Assembly (NCBI GenBank): GCA_021463465.1 | Contig: JAJTYH010000003.1 | Coordinates: 275,549-339,548, forward strand | DNA: 64,000 nt | Source: a bacterium | GTDB lineage: Bacteria > Patescibacteriota > Dojkabacteria > SC72 | Reading direction: 5' to 3' | Shown here: piece by piece, positions 59,027-64,000 of the stretch | Layout: each line of letters begins with the position of its first letter | Numbering within the stretch: position 1 is the first letter of the stretch | Made by a program: the position numbers and the translations under genes | The notes under the pieces: model-generated | Told to the model about the DNA's origin: nothing | Seen by the model: only the letters and a program-made list of their open reading frames with translations | Databases searched by the model: none

Positions 59027-60083
59027 AGTTAAAATTTTAGCCTTTGATACTAGTTGCGATGAGACTTCGGTAGCTGTGGTTCAGGGTCGTAAAGTTCTAT
59101 CAAAAGTCAGGTTTTCTCAAGTAAATTTACATGCACAGTGGGGCGGAGTTGTACCTGCTATTGCACGTAGAGCTCATCAAGAAACTATTGGTACTGTTTA
59201 TGAAGAAGCCTTGAGAAAAGCTAAATGTCAGATTGATGAGGTGGATTACATTGCGGTTACCTATGGACCGGGCTTGGCAATTGATTTGGAAGTAGGGGTA
59301 GAATTTGCCAAAAATTTAGCATTACGATATTCCAAGCCATTAATTCCAGTAAATCATATGGAAGGTCACCTGCTCTCTTCCCTTGCACTTAATTCCAAAG
59401 GTAACGGTTTTATAAGTGAAGCCAAGCTAAAAACAATTTTTCCTGCTTTAGGTTTATTAGTCTCTGGTAAACATACCGAGCTTATTTATGTAAAAGGTTT
59501 TGGGGAATACAAGAAATTAGGTCAGACGTTGGATGATGCCGCCGGAGAAGCCTTTGATAAGGTAGGAAGGATGCTTAACTTCGGTTATCCTGGTGGTCCA
59601 GTAGTCTCAGAATTTGCTAAGAGAGGTACACTTGGAGTGATTGACCTTCCCATTCCAATGGAAAAATCTAAGGACTTAAACTTTAGCTATTCAGGACTTA
59701 AAACAGCGTGTTTGTATAAGATAAAGGTTCTAAGAGAATCTAGGCTATCAGAAAAAGACTGGGTTTATGATTTCTGTCGGAGTTTTGTAGAGAGTGTCAC
59801 TCAATCTTTGCTCATTAAGCTTGAGATGGCACTTGAAATGCACCCAGAAATTAAGACAGTATTGGTAGGAGGGGGTGTAATTGCTAATGAGCATATTTTA
59901 CGAGCCTTAGGTAAGGTTACTAAATTGAGAAATAAAGATTATTTCTATCCTTTAGCTGAGGACAGAGGAGATAATGCTGCTATGATTGGAGTTGCTGCCT
60001 ATTACAATTTTAAACAAAATATCATTTTAAAGTCTGATAGTGATATTAATTCTCTAGAGAGGAATCCTAGATTAAGCCTATGA
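59013..60083 (+). CDS. tsaD: tRNA threonylcarbamoyltransferase TsaD
   Basis: DTSCDETS, GGVVP.IARRAH, GPGL, NHMEGH, TLDDAAGEAFDK, FSYSGLKT, DNAAMIG. Confidence 0.97.
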   Translation: MKTGEVKILAFDTSCDETSVAVVQGRKVLSKVRFSQVNLHAQWGGVVPAIARRAHQETIGTVYEEALRKAKCQIDEVDYIAVTYGPGLAIDLEVGVEFAKNLALRYSKPLIPVNHMEGHLLSSLALNSKGNGFISEAKLKTIFPALGLLVSGKHTELIYVKGFGEYKKLGQTLDDAAGEAFDKVGRMLNFGYPGGPVVSEFAKRGTLGVIDLPIPMEKSKDLNFSYSGLKTACLYKIKVLRESRLSEKDWVYDFCRSFVESVTQSLLIKLEMALEMHPEIKTVLVGGGVIANEHILRALGKVTKLRNKDYFYPLAEDRGDNAAMIGVAAYYNFKQNIILKSDSDINSLERNPRLSL

Positions 60084-60584
60084 CTTTTTTCTTGTCAAAG
60101 TTTGGATTGTAGCTTTTGTCCCTCCTGTTAAAGGCTTTTTATAGATTAAAACGTTTGAACTAAAATTTGGATCTACGGCTATACCTATCTCCATATCGCT
60201 ATGTGTATCAGCGATAACTATCCCAAAGTGACTTGCTTTAACACTATTCTCAACTTGAGGCGCTAGATTCTTGTCCATCATCCCCATTCGTACATGTGAC
60301 TTTGATTGTTCGTCAAAAACTTCTAAAGTTAGGGTTTTAGGGTCATAAGTATATCTGATATGAGGCATAGATAATGAATAACCATCCTCTGCCTCATTTG
60401 CACCAACTGTTTTTAGATATTTATGGACATCTAGCATTGTGCGTGTAACATTCTCAATATGCCTGCTATCATCTGGTCCAATTTTCTCTCTTACTTTGGG
60501 ATGTAATACTGCCTGCGTGAGAACCCCTGTGGCTACGTTTGCCTTTTCGTATTGATTAAGTAGTGTGTCAGCTAAAAGTGCCAT
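60078..60584 (-). CDS. Hypothetical protein
   Basis: 168-aa ORF abutting the eno stop. Confidence 0.6.
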   Translation of the reverse strand: MALLADTLLNQYEKANVATGVLTQAVLHPKVREKIGPDDSRHIENVTRTMLDVHKYLKTVGANEAEDGYSLSMPHIRYTYDPKTLTLEVFDEQSKSHVRMGMMDKNLAPQVENSVKASHFGIVIADTHSDMEIGIAVDPNFSSNVLIYKKPLTGGTKATIQTLTRKKS

Positions 60585-61856
60585 TTACGATATTTCATCT
60601 TCAATTTCAAGTAGTCTATTGTACTTAGCAAGTCTTTCACCTCTGTCGGGTCCACCAAACTTAGTTATTGGGGCGTTTGTGCCAACCGCTAAATCCGCAA
60701 TCATACTATCATTCGTTTCTCCACCTCGATGAGAAACTATTGGCAACCAACCTGTGTCGTTTGTTAGTTTAATTGCCTCTAGTGTCTCTGTTACGCTACC
60801 TATTTGATTAAGCTTGATAAGGACAGAATTGGTAGCGTTTGAAGCAATACCTTTCTTAATTCTTTCTACATTAGTCGTATAGAAGTCGTCACCAACAATT
60901 GTATATTTATCTCCGAACTCTTTAGTGAATTTCGACCAAGTCGCCCAATCTTCCTGATCGAAAGGATCTTCAATTGATTGTACTGGATACTGAGCATACA
61001 GCTCTTTTTGGAAGTCATACCACTCCTGTGAGGTTAGGGATAAACCTTCACGTTTTGGATTGTACTTTTCTGTCTTTTTATCATAGAACTCAGATGAGGC
61101 TACATCAAAAGCTAATTTGAAATCGTCGTCTGGTTTATATCCTGCTTTTTCGATTCCTTTAAGTATTATTTCAAATGCTTCCTTATTTGATTTGATTTCT
61201 GTTGGGGCAAATGCACCTTCGAATCCAACGGTTGCGCTATATCCCATGCCATGAAGTATGTCGTGAGTAGAATGAAAGATTTCAGCTCCTGCTCGCAACT
61301 GCTCTCGAAAGTTAGGAAATCTGTTTTTTTGTGGAACAATCATAAACTCTTGGAAATCGGTTGCCCAATCTCCATGTGCCCCTCCCTCCATTAAAAGAAT
61401 AAGTGGGGTGGGCATAACCATTTTAACTTGAGACGTTGCACCAAAGTATAATTGTTGGAAATATTCGTAAAGCTGTAAACCTTTTGATTTAGCTGTTGCT
61501 TGGCAAAAGGCCATGGACACAGATAGGATACTGTTTCCACCTAGTACTTTCTTAAGCTTAGTACCATCTAACTCTATAAGAAAACGATCAAGTTCTACTT
61601 GGGAGTTAAAGGTCTTTCCTATTAAATTTTTAGAAATTTCATCATTGACAACTTCTACTGCTTTGAGTACCCCTTTGCCAAAGTATCGCTTTGGATCACC
61701 ATCTCTGAGTTCAAGTACTTCTGTGTCACCTGTGGAGGCTCCTGACGGTATTTCTGCTTTGCCAATTGACCCATCACTAAGCCATAATGTAGTTGAAACA
61801 GTAGGTATCCCTCTGGAGTCAAGAATTTCATGAGCTTTTATCTTCGTGATAGTCAT
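60585..61856 (-). CDS. eno: Enolase
   Basis: EILDSRG.PT, PSGASTG..E..ELRD, FQEFMI, SIEDPF, VGDD, KLNQIG, SHR.GET, ERLAKYN. Confidence 0.97.
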   Translation of the reverse strand: MTITKIKAHEILDSRGIPTVSTTLWLSDGSIGKAEIPSGASTGDTEVLELRDGDPKRYFGKGVLKAVEVVNDEISKNLIGKTFNSQVELDRFLIELDGTKLKKVLGGNSILSVSMAFCQATAKSKGLQLYEYFQQLYFGATSQVKMVMPTPLILLMEGGAHGDWATDFQEFMIVPQKNRFPNFREQLRAGAEIFHSTHDILHGMGYSATVGFEGAFAPTEIKSNKEAFEIILKGIEKAGYKPDDDFKLAFDVASSEFYDKKTEKYNPKREGLSLTSQEWYDFQKELYAQYPVQSIEDPFDQEDWATWSKFTKEFGDKYTIVGDDFYTTNVERIKKGIASNATNSVLIKLNQIGSVTETLEAIKLTNDTGWLPIVSHRGGETNDSMIADLAVGTNAPITKFGGPDRGERLAKYNRLLEIEDEIS

Positions 61857-61873
61857 ATGGGCAGATACAAGTT

Positions 61874-62719
61874 CTATTTTTTAAGATCAATCAAAAAGGA
61901 AGCGTTATTGTCAGTCATCGTGGTAGGTAGTATGCCATTCCACTTTTCAATCCAAAGCTTTTTAATTAGTGCGTTACTTAGAGTTTGTTGTTGTAATCTT
62001 TGTGCGGCTGCATCACCCTCTGCTTTTGTGATGGTAGCTTTCTTTCTAAACTCTTCCTGTTGTGCTATATACTGCTCAGTGATGACTTTCTCTTTCTCAA
62101 TCTGCTTCTGTTCTACTGCATCAACGTAATCCGATTGGAAATTGATTGATCGAATTCCGAATTCGTCCAAAATGAGTCCGTTCTGTTCGAATCGTGGCTT
62201 TAGAGCTTCGGCTATTTTGATTGAGGCCTCTTCGATGTTGCCTGAGTAGAGATCAATAGCTTCAAAATCTCTAGGGATATTTCGCGTCCAGATTCTTGCA
62301 TCAGTTTTTACAATTTTTTCAACCAATTCCTCCTCAGTGCCTAAGTTTTCAGCTACCTCTCTCACCTTCGTTGGATTTACTGAAAAACGGACAGAGAATC
62401 TGACTGATACCTGCTGTCCATCTTTAGTCGTTGTATCAACTGGGAAATCTTGATAATCAGCATTTGAGGCTCCTTCGTTTGGGTTAGCAAGGGTTTCGTA
62501 AATGATTTTTTGAGTCCGATAAACAATTACGGTATCAACAAAGGGGATTTTAACATGCAAGCCAGGCACTACTGGTTCCCCAACGATTTGTCCGAATCTT
62601 GTAACTACACCAATTGTGCCGTACTTAACGGTATATAGGGTGTCCGTGACGATACCTAAGACAAAAAGTCCTAGCACAATGTATCCGAACACTTTGATTC
62701 CTGATGTGAACTTATCCAT
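61874..62719 (-). CDS. SPFH/band 7 (prohibitin-like) membrane protein
   Basis: N-terminal TM, PGLHVKIPF, TKDGQ, AVEQKQ, AEGDA, EKWNG.LP. Confidence 0.92.
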   Translation of the reverse strand: MDKFTSGIKVFGYIVLGLFVLGIVTDTLYTVKYGTIGVVTRFGQIVGEPVVPGLHVKIPFVDTVIVYRTQKIIYETLANPNEGASNADYQDFPVDTTTKDGQQVSVRFSVRFSVNPTKVREVAENLGTEEELVEKIVKTDARIWTRNIPRDFEAIDLYSGNIEEASIKIAEALKPRFEQNGLILDEFGIRSINFQSDYVDAVEQKQIEKEKVITEQYIAQQEEFRKKATITKAEGDAAAQRLQQQTLSNALIKKLWIEKWNGILPTTMTDNNASFLIDLKK

Positions 62720-62772
62720 TAATTAATTTTTGAATTTAATTACTTATATTTAACCACTAAATAAGCAAAATC

Positions 62773-63480
62773 TCAATTTCCAATGAGGCTTAGAAGTTCT
62801 AAAATATTATGAATTGTGTGCTGAGGATATACTTCTTTGAGCATCTCTCGGTTATCGTCTCGGTCTGTTTTCAGCCATACGGAAGGAATTTTTGCGGCAT
62901 TAGCACCTTCTACATCAGTAGCAAGAGAATCTCCGACCATAAATACTTCATGAGGTGAAAGTTCCATTTTATTTAATGCCATTAGAAATATTGCAGGATG
63001 TGGTTTTTCTACACCAGCTTCTTGGCTTGTAACAAGGTAGTCAACTTCAGTCGTTATACCGAGTTTTACAATTTTACGAAGTTGGACAAAAGAAGTTAGA
63101 TTACTTACGATACACACTTTTAATCCTCTTTTTTTTAACTCGATTAAAACCTCTTTTGTGTTTGGTAAAAGCTCTAGGTGATTAATGAGAGTATCCCAAT
63201 AAGCTAAGTAATGTCTGATTATCAGTTCAGGAATAACCGTGTTGTGGGTCTTCTCAATCATTCTTTGTATATAAAAAAGTCGCTCATGTGAGGCTGCCAT
63301 GCCCTTATGCTCCCTTTTTATTTCAGATCTTGCCTCTTTGAATAACAGGTCGAATGAATCCTTTTCGATTGGAAATTCTTTTGAGTATGACTCGTACATG
63401 GCTTGAAGTCCAAAATCGTGTGCTTTACCTTCAGAGTCACACAGTGTTGAGTCCAAATCAAAAATAACACCCTTTGTCAT
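62773..63480 (-). CDS. HAD-superfamily hydrolase
   Basis: FDLDST, VSN, EKPHP.IF, VGDSLATDVEGA. Confidence 0.9.
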   Translation of the reverse strand: MTKGVIFDLDSTLCDSEGKAHDFGLQAMYESYSKEFPIEKDSFDLLFKEARSEIKREHKGMAASHERLFYIQRMIEKTHNTVIPELIIRHYLAYWDTLINHLELLPNTKEVLIELKKRGLKVCIVSNLTSFVQLRKIVKLGITTEVDYLVTSQEAGVEKPHPAIFLMALNKMELSPHEVFMVGDSLATDVEGANAAKIPSVWLKTDRDDNREMLKEVYPQHTIHNILELLSLIGN

Positions 63481-63577
63481 TTTGTTATGTCTTAAAAGTA
63501 ATCATTTTGATTTAATCACGATTATGCCTCGCTTTCAATATTTATTTGATTTTGATATCATCAGAGAATTACTTTTT

Positions 63578-63661
63578 GCCGAGGTGGCGAAATTGGCAGA
63601 CGCACTACCTTGAGGTGGTAGCGGGAGCAATCCTTTGCAGGTTCAAGTCCTGTCCTCGGCA
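63578..63661 (+). tRNA. tRNA-Leu (GAG)
   Basis: GCCGAGG/CCTCGGC acceptor stem, CTACC-TTGAGGT-GGTAG anticodon arm, long variable arm, GGTTCAAGTCC. Confidence 0.95.
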
Positions 63662-63782
63662 GTTTCTTCAAGGACATTAATCACCTTTAATTATCAGATT
63701 TAGTTAAAATTCTGCATATTATTTTGAATGATTCGGTCGTAAATACATTCAATATTTATACAGTAACATGTATAGTGTAAGC

Positions 63783-64000
63783 GTGAATAGAAGGGACTTT
63801 TTAAAATTAGGTGGGGCAAGTATTGGTGCAGCTGCAGGTTTATGGTATGAAGCGAAACAGAAACTTTCTCCGACAGGTGTAGTTGAAAGTGTCATTAACT
63901 CAGTACCAGAGCCAAAAGAGAATTCAGCGAATACAGATATAATTTTGATTGAAGATTTAGAAAAGGAAGTTGAATTTAAACTTCGAGATTGCCCATATTC
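63783..64000 (+). CDS. Partial ORF with twin-arginine-like N-terminus
   Basis: GTG start, 6 nt after TATAGT; MNRRDFLKLGGASIGAAAGLW; open to window end. Confidence 0.65.
   Translation, partial: MNRRDFLKLGGASIGAAAGLWYEAKQKLSPTGVVESVINSVPEPKENSANTDIILIEDLEKEVEFKLRDCPY

Noticed and set aside
60585-61856. Enolase motif deviations (SHRGGET, KFGGPDRGER)
   Set aside because: Catalytic and metal-binding residues appear retained; consistent with normal divergence.

Overview
AT-rich bacterial chromosome segment, standard genetic code (TAA, TAG and TGA all used as stops). Gene content (DsbA-VKOR, many glycosyltransferases, a giant surface protein, a TsaC-TsaE fusion, no biosynthetic pathways) suggests a Patescibacteria/CPR organism; this is inference, since there is no rRNA here. 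From left to right: a disulfide-formation plus surface-glycosylation operon with Wzm/Wzt (0.56-15.2 kb); an M23 peptidase and secA; a second GT cluster containing recO; tRNA-Lys; assorted housekeeping and membrane genes; an intergenic region at 30.27-30.67 kb with a consensus promoter, leader ORF, antiterminator/terminator pair and two micro-ORFs; a three-gene surface system (3085-aa adhesin, 563-aa Cys-rich protein sharing its C-terminal ~270 aa, and a DUF916/WxLIP-like membrane protein with SH3); an accessory zone (PLP decarboxylase, amber-interrupted Cys-peptidase-like gene); a 4.3-kb island at tRNA-Asp bounded by collinear eroded repeats and carrying an M48 protease and zinc-ribbon operon; then a GGDEF protein, trxA, tsaC-tsaE, tsaD, eno, tRNA-Leu and a truncated ORF with a twin-arginine motif. 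All product calls come from motifs recognised by eye; no database searches were run.
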